A DNA stretch of 64,000 nt from Hemiscyllium ocellatum. Taxonomy: Eukaryota. Made by a program: the position numbers and the translations under genes. The stretch lies in assembly GCF_020745735.1 (NCBI RefSeq), contig NC_083409.1, positions 14,068,760-14,132,759 on the forward strand. Direction: 5' to 3'. Positions 12,943 to 23,801 of this stretch are shown piece after piece. Within the stretch, counting starts at the first letter, position 1. The number at the start of each line of letters is the position of its first letter. A model generated the notes under the pieces. The model did not search any database and was not told the DNA's origin. It was given only the letters and a program-made list of their open reading frames with translations.

Positions 12943-13610
12943 GAAAGAGAGAGAAGCGAGACAGAGAGAGAGATAGAATGAGTGTGTCTGGGTTTGTGTT
13001 TGAGTGAGAGAGAGAGAGGGAGGGAGGAACATCTGAGACAGTGTGAGATATGTGATGAAACCAAAAGAGAGGTAAAGGGAGGTCGTAATGGTGAAGTTGA
13101 GGGATAAAGAGAGAGAAACAAGATGTGAGACAGTGTGACTGATAGGGATGGAGAGAGACAAAGAGATAAGGTGAGAGAGAGAGAGAGTGAGAGATAGGAT
13201 GGGTGTGAGACTAAGCATGAAGAGAATTGACAGAGAGGGTAGGGTGGAGTGTGTGTGTGAGAGAGAGAGAGAGAGAGATGAGTATGGGTAGGTACAGAAT
13301 GATAGAGAGGGAGGGAGAGCGACTGTAGATTGGGATGTAGAGAGGGAGGGAGAGAGACAGAGGGAGGAATATAGAGGGAAAGATAACAGTTGGAGGCTTT
13401 TAATTGAAGTGAGAGAGGGAGCGAGTGACAGAGACAGAGAGATGGAGAAACAGAGATTATGAAATGGAGTGAGCAATCATCAGTGAGTTGGAGGGAGTGA
13501 CTATGAGACAAGAGTGTGAGAAAGAGAGAGAGAAAACATGAGCGATTAACAGTGGGGGAGAGAGTGGTGGAGAGAAAGATGTGGCAGATGTGAGACAGAG
13601 AGAGAGGGAC
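12943..13610 (+). repeat. GA-rich low-complexity tract (copy B ~41096-41751)
   Basis: About 670 bp of degenerate (GA)n/(GAGAGACA)n; accounts for the Ser/Leu-rich spurious ORFs on the - strand. Confidence 0.9.
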
Positions 13611-14538
13611 ATGTCCTGGTCACCACATTCTCGGAAGGATGTGATTGTACCTGAGAGGGTACAGGGGAGATTTCCCAGGATGCTGACTGAATCTGAGCTT
13701 TGAGAAAAGATTGGAAAGGTTGGGGTTGTTTTCCTTGGAGCAGTGACGGCTGAGATGGGACCTGATAGAGAGGGATAAGAATATTCGGAGCAGTGATAGG
13801 GTGGGTAGGAAGACACTTTTTGCATGAGACAAGGACTCAGTAACCTGGGACAGAGATTGTAGGTAACACAGACATGGACACATAGAAACTGCTGCAGGAG
13901 TTGGCCATTCAGCCCTTTGAGCCTGTTCTGTCATTCAGTATGATCATGGCTGATCCTCTATCTCAAAGCCATATTCGTGCTTTCTCCCTATTCCCTTCAT
14001 GCTGTTAAAATGCAAACAATTATCTCTCTCTTTTTCTTGAATATATTCAGTTCCTTATCCTCCACAGCCTTCAGTGAAGAGAATTCCACAGGTTGACCAC
14101 CCTCTGAGTGAAGAAATGTTTCCTCATCTCAGTCCAAAAATGGACTACCCTGTATCCCCCTGAGACTGTGTCCCCTGGTTCCAGACTTCCCAACCAGGGG
14201 AAACCTCGTCCCTGCCCAGCCCTGTTAGAATTTTATACATCCATCTGAATTCGAGTGAGTCCAAGCCCAGTCGAGTTCGAGAGAGAGAGGAGAATTGAGG
14301 AGAAATGTTTTCAACCAGAGGGTGGTGGGAGTCTGGAACTCACTGCCTGAAAGGCTGGTTGAGTCACAAACTCTCGTGACAGTGGAGCAGTGATTAGATA
14401 TTCCCTTGTGTTGCTGCAGACTCCAGGATAATGGACCAAGAGCTGGAGGATGAGATTAGTGTCATCAGATCTTTCTTTAACAGCACAGATACAATGGGCC
14501 AAATGGCCTCATTCAGTGCTGTTCACATCAATGATTCT

Positions 14539-14540
<2 letters not shown>

Positions 14541-14570
<30 letters not shown>
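14541..14570 (+). repeat. (GA)15 microsatellite abutting the V promoter ((GA)14 at 42682-42709 in copy B)
   Basis: Direct read. Confidence 0.95.
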
Positions 14571-14574
<4 letters not shown>

Positions 14575-14665
14575 GTGTGAGGGACTGACATGGCCCTCCC
14601 TGCCTGATGCCATTTACATACTGAGGAACACCCAGTCAGACTCTCACAGGCTGCAGCTTTATAAA
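14569..14665 (+). promoter_or_regulatory. Ig kappa V promoter A: Ets/PU box GAGGAAGTG, variant octamer ATTTACAT 14612-14619, TATA-like TTATAAA 14659-14665
   Basis: Octamer-like element ~110 bp and TATA-like element ~65 bp upstream of the leader ATG, as in Ig V promoters. Confidence 0.75.
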
Positions 14666-14725
14666 GCAGAGCCCAGTGAAGGGAGAGTTTATTAGGAACC
14701 AGGCACAGGGACAGGAGCACACACC

Positions 14726-14774
14726 ATGATTTCACACATCCAGCTGATCTGGCCCCTGGCATTCTGTGTCGCAG
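14726..14774 (+). CDS. IGKV: Ig kappa leader exon A (MISHIQLIWPLAFCVA-G)
   Basis: ACACCATG start, 49-nt hydrophobic exon, phase-1 donor GCAG|GTACAA. Confidence 0.92.
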
Positions 14775-14960
14775 GTACAAATCTCTCTCCTTCCACCTTG
14801 AATCTTTAGCTGCTCTCCATTTCACTCCAATTCCACTGACTTGTGATTGAAGGGAAAATGCTGAAACCAGAGGAATGCTCAGTGTCTCCAACAATCTCTC
14901 ATTTGACAGGCTCTTTCTGTGACAGTTCTGACTTCACTGTGTTTCTCTCTGATCCCTCAG

Positions 14961-15257
14961 GTATCAGTGGGGACATCACCATGACCCAGTCTCCTCCGGT
15001 GCTGTCAGTGGGACGGGGCCAGACCGCAACACTCACCTGTACGGCCAGTCAAAGCATTAGCAGCTCCCTTGATTGGTACCAACAACGAGAAGGTCAGAAG
15101 CCCTCTCTCCTGATCTATTATGCAACAAATCGATTCACAGGAGTCTCCGATCGATTCACCGGCAGTGGATCAGGGACCAGTTTTACCCTGAAAATCAGCA
15201 ACGTTCAGAATGAGGATGTCGCTGACTATTACTGTATGCAGCATAGCAGCTGGCCTT
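14961..15257 (+). CDS. IGKV: Ig kappa (NS4/type III) V exon A, germline unrearranged
   Basis: Acceptor CCCTCAG|GT; reads [42 protein letters not shown]...FTGSGSGT...[14 protein letters not shown] with intact Cys/Trp/Cys. Confidence 0.97.
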
Positions 15258-15285
15258 CACAGTGATACAGAGCCATACAAAAACC
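15258..15285 (+). other. 12-bp-spacer RSS of V (A)
   Basis: CACAGTG + ATACAGAGCCAT (12) + ACAAAAACC; consensus heptamer and nonamer. Confidence 0.98.
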
Positions 15286-15719
15286 TCAACACACACAGCA
15301 CCAACTCCTGCACTGATACATCCCAGAGTTATATAAAATGAATAATATTGGACACATACAGTCCCACCATCTGAACTGACATATCCGACAGTTAGATGTA
15401 AATGAAACTGAGCAAATTACCCCATGCTGGGATTGTCACTGTCCACGACACACTCCAGTCCCTGTGGTGTCCACCGCTCACTGAAGGCCTCAAGTTTCAC
15501 TCTTACACTTCGTGGCCGCGTGTGAAGAACAGCTGCAAGATTTAACATCGAATTTCACAACTCTCCCAAGCCCAGCTGCACACAACCCAGAGAGAAAGAG
15601 ACAGAGACAGAGAAACAAAGACACATGAATGAGGGAGAGACAGAGAGGGGCAGAAAGAGGGTGAGAGTGAACGAGAGACTGGGAGAGGTTGAGAGTGATG
15701 GGGGGAAGCAGAGAGCAGA

Positions 15720-15758
15720 GGTTTTTGTACAGCCTCTGCACTGGGAGCTCTCACTGTG
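15720..15758 (-). other. 23-bp-spacer RSS of J (A)
   Basis: GGTTTTTGT + 23 nt + CACTGTG; consensus. Confidence 0.98.
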
Positions 15759-15793
15759 GCTTACGTTCGGTAAAGGAACCAAGCTCAGACTGA
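15759..15793 (+). CDS. IGKJ: Ig kappa J segment A (LTFGKGTKLRL)
   Basis: FGxG motif; phase-1 donor CTGA|GTAAGT. Confidence 0.97.
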
Positions 15794-16164
15794 GTAAGTA
15801 AACCTCAATCCAATGTTAGTAACCCTGTCAATACTGAAACACACTTTCTAAACACAAATGCTGAATTGTTGACGGTGTTAGTAGGGAGCTGCAGTGAATG
15901 AAATGGTTGATTGAAGAGCACTGTGTCTAACAGCGTATCCACCTGTATTTCTTTAGTTCCATTGCCCCCTTTAAAAGCAAGATATAAGTCAGTAAGTTTT
16001 ACTCACCGTGTGGAGGAGCTCTGTCCATTTGCAGCCTGTGGTCCCATTCCTGCAGCATGGAGTGAAATCAGTGAGTAGCCTCCTGCCAGTCTCAGTGTGA
16101 CGGACACGGGTAGAGTTTGATGTGAGCTCTGGCTCCCTGTCCCAGTCTCTGATCTCACTGACCT

Positions 16165-16194
<30 letters not shown>
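16165..16194 (+). repeat. (CAG)10 in the J-C intron, followed directly by CACAGTG at 16195-16201
   Basis: Direct read; (CAG)14 at 44310-44351 in copy B. Confidence 0.95.
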
Positions 16195-16196
<2 letters not shown>

Positions 16197-16869
16197 CAGT
16201 GAGACACCGAGCTCCCACCTCCCCCAGCTTTAACTCTGCTCAATCACACAATCAGAGAATTGTTACAGTGCACAAGGAGGCCATTCTGTCCATCCTGTCT
16301 GTACTGGCTCTCCGAATGAGCAATTCACTGAGTGTCATTCTGCTGCCTTCTCCCTGTCACCTGCACATTGTTCCTTTTTGAATAATAGTCTCATTCCTTT
16401 TGGAATGTTTCAATTGAAGCTGCCTCCACCACACTCTCAGGCAGTGCATTCCACACCTTAACCAAACACTACCTGAAAATGTTGTTCCCTATCTCACTTT
16501 TGTTACTTTTCCCAATTATTTTCAATCCATGGCCTCTCCCTCTCAATTATTTCTCAGTTGGGAACATTTTCTCCCTATTTACTGTGTCCAGGCCCCTCCT
16601 GGTTTTAATTCCTCGAACAAATCTCCTCTCAGCCTTCTCCAAAGAAGACAGTCCCAAATTCTCCAATCTCTCTTCATAACTGATGTTCCTCATCCCTGAA
16701 ATGATCTTTGGGAATTTCTTTTGCCATTTCTACAAAACGTCACCTCCTTCCTGATTTATTCACATTTTCTATGACCCTCATGATTTTATAAACCTCTATA
16801 AGGTTTATAAGTCACTCCTCAGACTCTTACGCATCAGAGTAAAAAGTCTCAGCTTTTCCAGCGTCTTAT

Positions 16870-18270
16870 AGTCATGGAGTCATACAGCGTGGAAACAGAC
16901 CTTTCAGTCCAACTTGTCCGTGGTAACCAGATATCCTAAATGACCTCATCCTATTAACCAGCATTCGGCTTACATCCCTCAAAACCCTTCCTATCCGTGT
17001 ACCCAACCCAATGTGTTTTAAATGCTGTAATTGTATCTGCCTCCAACACTTTCTCTGGCAACTCGATCCATACACATACCACCCTCTGTGTGACAAGTTA
17101 CCGCTCAGATCCCTTTTGAATCTTTTGCCTCTCGCCTTAAACCTATGCCCTCTTGTTTTGGACTCCCTTTCCAAAGGAAAAGACCTTGGATATGCAACCT
17201 GTCCATGCCCCTCATGGTTTTATACACATCTATAAGGCCATCCCTCAGCCTTGAATGCTGCAGGAAAAATAGCCACAGTTTCATCAGCCTTTCCCCGTAG
17301 CTCAAACCCTCAAATTCCAGGCCATGTCCTTGTAAATATTTCCTGCAGCTTTTTAAGTTTAACAACATCCTTCCTATCGCAGAATGATCAGAATTGTTCA
17401 CATCATTCCCAAAGTGGCCTCACCAATCTCCTGTACAGCTGCACCATGATGTCCCAACTCCTGTACTCAATGCAGTGACCAATAAAGGCAAGCGTACCCA
17501 ACACCTTCTTCATCACCCTGTCTACCTGTGACCCCACTTTCAAGGAATAATCCACCTGCATCTTCACCCCTAGGTTTCTTTGTTCAGCAACACTCCACAG
17601 GGCCCTCCCATTAACTGTATAACTCCTGCCTTGGTTTGCCTTTCCAAAATGTAACATCTCGCATTTAACTAAACAGAACTCCATTTGCTACACCTCTGCC
17701 CATTGCCCCATCTGATCAAGATCCCGCTGTACCCTGAGATGAATTACTTCACTATCCACTATCACGCCAATTTTGATGTCATCTACAAACTTACTGTAAC
17801 TCCTATATTCACATCCAAATCATTTCTTTAAAAGACAAAAGCAGTGAACCCAGCACCAATGCTTGTGGCACACAGCTATTCACAGATTTCCAGTCTGAAA
17901 AACAACCCTTTACCAACACTCTCTGTCTCCTATCTTCAATCCAATTTTTTTTACCCCAATGGCTCACTCCCACTGGATCCCATGTGGTCTAACCTTGCGA
18001 ACCAGTCTATCATGTGGAACTTTGTCAAACACTTTGCTAAAGTCCATATAGACAATGTTTACTGCTCTGTCTTCATCAATCTTCTTTGTCACTTCCTCAA
18101 TCAAATTCAGGAGACATGATTTTCTATGCATAAAACCACATTGATTATCCAAAGAACGTAAATCCTAACCCACAGAATCCACTCCAACATCTTACCCAGC
18201 ACTGACATCAGGCTCACTGGTTTATAGTTCCCTGGCTTTTCCTTACAGTCTCTCTCAAATAATGGCATAA
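16870..18270 (-). mobile_element. CR1 LINE 3' half (RT C-terminus and 3' tail) in the J-C intron (copy B ~45027-46426)
   Basis: NQCGFMHRKSCLLNL...YMDFSKVFDKVPH and KCEMLHFG...LVRPLWE RT motifs. Confidence 0.85.
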
Positions 18271-18276
18271 CATTAT

Positions 18277-18543
18277 TCCCGCCTTAGGCAACCGACTGTG
18301 TGGAGTTTGCACATTCTCCCGGAGTCTGCTTGGGTTTCCTCCGGGTGCCCTGGTTTCCTCCCACAGTCAAAAAATGTGCAGGTTAGGTGAATTGGCCATG
18401 CTAAATTGCCCGTAGTGTTAGGTGCAGGGGTAAATGTAGGGGAATGGGTCTGGGAGGGTGTGCTTTGGGGGGTCGGTGTGGACTTGTTGGGCCAAAGGGC
18501 CTGTTTCCACACTGTAAGTAATCTAATCTAATCTAATCTAATT
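18277..18543 (+). mobile_element. 5'-truncated HE1-like SINE (copy B ~46433-46703)
   Basis: SINE body plus (TAATC)n tail. Confidence 0.8.
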
Positions 18544-18948
18544 AGCCAACCTCTCTGGTTCTCTAGCACCTTACCCATGGTTGTCAGTAATACACATATC
18601 TCAGCAAGGGGCCCAGCAATCTCTTCCCCAGTTTCCCACACTGTTCTGGGATACACATGATCAGGTCCTAGGGTTAATCTACCTTTATGTGTTTTAAGAT
18701 CTTTTGCATCTCCTCATTTGTGTGTGGTCTCTTTTCAAGTCATCACTATTTTTACAAATTCCCTAGCTTTCTCCATAACAAATACTGACCTGAAATATTT
18801 GTTTGGGATCTCACCCACGTCTTGTGTCTTACCCAAATATAGCACTCACATTTATCTGAATTAAACTCCATCTGCCATTCCTCAGCCCACTGGCCCAGTT
18901 GGTCAAGATTCCATTGTATTCTTAGACAGCCTTCTTCGCTGCCACTAA

Positions 18949-19255
18949 TTAGATTAGATTCTCTACAGTGTGGAAACAGGTCCTTCGGCCCAACAAGTCC
19001 ACACCGATCCTCCGAAGAGTAACCCACCCGGACCTATTTCCCTCTCTGTAAATCATCTAACACTATGGACAATTTAGCATGGACAATTCACCTGACCTGC
19101 ACATCTTTGGACCATGGGAGGAAACCAGAGCACTCGGAGGAAACCCACGCAGACATAGGGAGAATGTGCAAACTCCACTCACCCAAGGCTGGAATTGAAC
19201 CTGGGACCCTGGTACTGTGAGGCTGCAGTGCTAACCACTGAGCCACCGTGCTGCC
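18949..19255 (-). mobile_element. HE1-like SINE (copy B ~47109-47416)
   Basis: Minus strand GGGCAGCACGGTGGCTCAGTGGTTAGCACTGC head; ATTAG tail. Confidence 0.85.
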
Positions 19256-19299
19256 CCACCGGAACCATCACAAAGCCACCGATGCCTCCTGAAAATTCA

Positions 19300-20830
19300 C
19301 CTGAACACACTCTCGCAACTCTGGCCCCTCTCTGCCCATTACACTGCTGCTACCCCAAACTATATTCAGAAACTAAAGACCCCTATTCTCAACATTCTCA
19401 TCAGGATTCTGAACTGAATCCTGGTTGGAGAGTGGGATGCACTCAGGGGACTTTTGGACTGTCTGCTGCTTCCCCATTCCCTCTCTCCCTGCATATTCTG
19501 AAGCTGCAGAGTGACCACATCTAGAAACGTGCTCTCCACGGAGCTCTCAGCCTCACGGACGTTCCTCACTGACACCAGCTGCTGCTCAAGCTCCGAAACC
19601 CGGAGTTCCAACTGCTGTCACTGACCTCACTTCCTGTGCTCATGGTATTCCAGGACCGGGGAAACATTCTGAAGTTCCCACATGGATGCACACTCTTTCC
19701 ACTCTTGGATTATCTCTTTGCAGAGTTCTGATGACAAACAGCTACAGCAGGGCTCACAGTCCAGTGGGTTCAGTGTTCCGGGGTTTTGGGGAAATTCTCC
19801 AGAAGACTTTAAGTAATAGGCGCAGAAATCAGCCATTCAGCCTATGGAATCTGCTCTGCCATTTGACCTTGGCAGATATGCTTCTCACCCCCATTCTCCT
19901 GCCTACTCCACAGGAACATTCTATCCCCTTTACAAACATGAACCTATCTATCTCTGTCTTTAATACACTCAGTGACTTGGCCTCCCTACCCTCTGTAACA
20001 ATGAGTTCCACAGATTCACCACCCTCTGGCTGAAGAAATTCCTCCTCATTTCAGCTCGAAAGGGTCGGCCCTTCATTCTGAGGCTGTGCCTTGGTTACCT
20101 CGTCTCTCCTGTTTTTGGAAACATCTTCTCCACATCCACTCTATCCAGGCCTATCAGTATTCTGTAAATTTCAATAAGGTCCCTCCTCATGCTTCTAAAC
20201 TCCATTGAGTACAGACCCAGAGTCCTCAACAATGCCTCATATGACAAACCCTTCATCCCAGGATCATTCTTGTAAACCCTCCAATGCCAGCACATTGTTT
20301 CTTACAATATGGATCCTAAATCTGCTCACAATATTCCAAATTCAGTCTGACCAGAGCCTTACACAGCCTCAGCAGTACATCTCTGCCCTTGTATTCTGGC
20401 ACTATTGAAATGAATGCAAACATTTCATTTTCCTTCCCAAGCACAAACTGCATCTGCCTGTTAACCTTAAGAGAAACCTGAATAAGGAATAACCATCTTA
20501 CCTGCTCGGCTCCCTTTCCAATCAACTCTGGCCAGCTCCTTCCTCATGTCTTTGTCGTTCCCTTTACTCAATTGAAATCTTGTTCCATCTGATTGCAGCT
20601 TCTCCCTCTCAAACTGCAGGGGGAATTCTATCGTATTATGGTCACTTATCCAGAGGGATACTTTCATTTTCAGCTCACTAACCAAGTTTGCCTCATTACC
20701 CATCACTGAATCCAAAAACTGCCTGTTCCAAATGATCAACCACAAGCTGTTTCAAAAACCATCTCATAGACATTCCATGAAATCCTTTTGTTGAGATGCT
20801 CTACCCAGTCCACCTATCCATTGAAGTCTG
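19300..20830 (-). mobile_element. CR1 LINE fragments (ORF1 N-terminus, RT 3' end, endonuclease-linker piece); copy B ~47461-49670 carries 680 bp more
   Basis: ORFs ELRVSELEQQL..., SMWELQ, GMKGLSYE..LRTLGLYSMEFR, SDHNTIEF. Confidence 0.75.
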
Positions 20831-22992
20831 CATAACATTTTGTATTTGGCTTTTCTGTCTCCAGTTCCAAACTTCCAGCTCAGCACTGTCTCCATAACTT
20901 GTCCTACCTGCCTATCTTCTTTTGCACCTATCCACTCCACCCTCCCACCCCCTATTGTACTTAACTATTGTCCTCTATGCTACTTTGTCCGCAGCCCCAC
21001 CCTCCTCTCATTTTTCTCTCCACCCTTCAGGCTGTCTGCCTTTATTCCTGATGAAGGGCTTTTACCTGAAATGTTGATTTTCCTGCTCCTCGGATGCTAC
21101 CTCAACTGCTGTACCAATCCAGCACCACTCTAATCTAGAATCTGGTTTCCAGCATCTGCAGTCATTGTTCTTACCCTTTTCTGTCTCCTGATTGATTTTC
21201 TTCCCCACACCCTGGTTACTGCTTGGAGACCTGAACATAACTTACATCAGATTCTTTATTTCTTGGGTTCCTCAACTCTGCCCACACAGATTCTACACCT
21301 TCTGACTGTATCATTTCTTGCTATTGATTTAAAGTCATTTCTTACTAACAAGCCAACTCTTCCCCCCTGCCCATCTCCCTGTCCTTTTGATGGAAATGTA
21401 TCCTTGGATATTTAGTTCCCAGCCCGGATCCCCTTACAGCCATGTCTCTGTGATACCCACAACATCGTACCTGCCAGTTTCAATCTGCACTACAAGCTCA
21501 TTGTGTATATTGTGTGCATTTAAGTACAACACCCTCAGTCCTGCATTGACTGCCCTCCTTCCCATCATTGTCCTCTTATCTGCTGTGCTTTACGTTCGAT
21601 ACCTGATCCTTTCCACACTCTCTGTCCTTTTACATCTTCTAGAATCTTGAATAATCTCTCCAGAGCCCTCCTCCACTTTAACTAGTTTAAATTCCTTGGA
21701 AACTCAATTTATAAGACCATAAGACCATAAGACATAGGAGTGGAAGTAAGGCCATTCGGCCCATCGAGTCCACTCCGCCATTCACTCATGGCTGATGGGC
21801 ATTTCAACTCCACTTACCAGCGTTCTCCCCGCAGCCCTTAATTCCTCGAGACAACAAGAATCTATCAATCTCGGCCTTGAAGACATTTACCTGGATTTGT
21901 GACATCATTTTTCTCCCTTACTCGAAATGTTTCGTGCATTTAGACACAAAGTCTTTAAGTTTGATCTATTATTGATTTCCCTGCACTTTTATGATCCCTT
22001 TGATATTCAAAACTCCTGTCCCTTCCTTTTATTTTCTGGTAACAATCAATCCCATCACTAACTACAATCCTACCTTCTCCTTTCCCTTCCGTTTTCTCAA
22101 TTTCCATCCAACTGAACCAAATTACTTTCTCTTTGGGTTGAGTTCAGGACAATATTTATCCTTGAACCAAAATCATGAAGAATGCTCTTTGATCTCATTG
22201 CTTCCAGTGGGATCTTGCTGTGTAGAAATTGTCTGCCCATTCCTGAAATTGCAAAATTGACTGGTTTTCAAACAAAATGTAAATGTTTTGGGAGAGCCTG
22301 AGGTGCTGAGGGCTTGACTGAAACACAATTAGAGTCACAATTAGAAACAGACTCTTTGATCTGACTCATCCATGCCAGCCACAGAGACATAGAGTCATAG
22401 AGTCAGAGAGATGTACTGCACAGAAACAGACCCTTCTGTCCAACTCATCTATGCCGACCAGATAAACTAAATTAATCTAGTCCCATTTGTCAGCATTTGG
22501 CCCATATCCTTCACTCTGAGCAAAATATCTTCTTGTTTCATTTGATCAATGCCCCTCATGATGTTAGAAACCTCGATATGGTCATCCCTCAGCCTCCAGC
22601 GATCCAGGGAAAATAGCCTCAGCCTATTCAGCCTCTCCTGATCGCACAAACCCTCCAACTTGGCAACATCCTTGGAAATCTTTTCTGAACCATTTTAATG
22701 TTCCCAACAATGTTCCTAAAGCAGGAAGGCCAGAATTCCACACAGTATTCCAAAAGGGGCCAAACTGATGTCCTGTACAGGTGCAACAGCTCCCAACTCC
22801 AATACTCAATGCATTGCCCAATAAAGGAAAGCATGCCAAATGACTTCGTCACCCCCCTACCTACCTGCAACTCCACTTTCAAGGAACTAATCTTTTTTTG
22901 GGATGAATTGGGAGTCTTTCAGTTGTACTTTTCCTAAGCACCCTGTTCAGAAACAAACTTCTTGCTTTCACTCGCAACTAAAAATCAGATAA

Positions 22993-23330
22993 AGGAGGTG
23001 ATGATTTAATGGTACTATTGCTGAGCTGTTCATCCAGAGATCCAGATTAATGTTCTGGGGGCCAGGGTTAGAATCCTGCCGCAGCAGATGGTGGAATGTG
23101 AATTCAATTTTTAAAATCTGCAATTAAGAGTCTAATGATGACCATGAAACAATTGTTGATTGTCAGGAAAAAAACATCTGATTCCCTGATGTCCTTTAGG
23201 GAAGGAAACTGCCATCCTCACCATGTGACTCCAGACCCACAGCGATGTGGTTGACTCTAAATTGCCCTCTGGGTGATTAGGGATGGGCAATGAATGCTGA
23301 TCCTAGCAGTGACACTCACATCCCAAGAAG
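22993..23330 (+). mobile_element. tRNA-headed Deu-domain SINE (SacSINE1-like) just upstream of the C acceptor (copy B ~51830-52170)
   Basis: GGAGGTGATG...GGGTTAGAATCC head and AAAAACATCTGATTCCCTGATGTCCTTTAGGGAAGGAAACTGCC, resembling the Deu domain as I recall it. Confidence 0.55.
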
Positions 23331-23473
23331 CAATTTGAACAATGCCTGTTCTTTACTGGGGTTTGTTAGGTATTGGCTACAAATGTTCAAATGGATTGTC
23401 TTGCCAGTGAATGTTCAGAGAGTTAAAATCCCTTCGAATAACAGGGATTAAAATTGTTTCTCTTGTCTTTCAG

Positions 23474-23801
23474 GTGGTGACAACTCTCAGCCCAAGCTGA
23501 CCCTGCTGCCCCCTCCCCGGAGCAGGTCAATGCCAAGGGCACTGCCACCCTGGTGTGCCTTGCCAATCACTTCTATCCCGATGAGCTGGAGGTGCAGTGG
23601 AAGAAGGACGGTGCAGTCATTTCAGACGGGGTTCAGACCAGCAACTACCTGCGAGCTTCGGACAGCACCTACAGTGTCAGCAGCCTGCTGACCCTCTCTG
23701 GGTCTGACTGGGAGTCCGACGCTCGCTTCTCCTGTGCCCTCACCCACGTGACCCTCCCCTCTCCCCTCAGCAAGAGCATCAGGAGATCAGAATGTGTGTA
23801 G
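23474..23801 (+). pseudogene. IGKC: Ig kappa C exon A with a 1-bp deletion (C5 instead of C6 at 23509-23513), frameshifted as assembled
   Basis: Acceptor TCTTTCAG|GT. Exon is 328 nt versus 329 nt in copy B. From the phase-1 J donor it reads SGDNSQPKLTLLPP-PRSRSM... to a premature TGA. Confidence 0.85.

Noticed and set aside
12915-13511. Long Ser/Leu-rich ORFs
   Set aside because: Translations of the CT/GA low-complexity tract.
14843-14960. N-terminal extension of the V ORF ([11 protein letters not shown]...)
   Set aside because: This is leader-V intron read-through; the real N-terminus is the spliced leader at 14726.
16003-16218. Signal-peptide-like ORF MGARCLTVLLLLLLLLL... (and 44148-44375)
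   Set aside because: Starts at GTG with an in-frame stop shortly upstream and no ATG; the Leu run is just the CTG microsatellite. Not a lambda5/VpreB-like exon, since it is on the wrong strand and side of J.
16710-16719. NF-kappaB-like GGGAATTTCT in the J-C intron
   Set aside because: Imperfect match and lies within LINE 3'-type repeat sequence.
21712-21740. Short direct repeats ATAAGACC x3 and (TAATC)n arrays suggesting CRISPR-like repeats
   Set aside because: LINE/SINE 3' microsatellite tails without spacers, in eukaryotic DNA.
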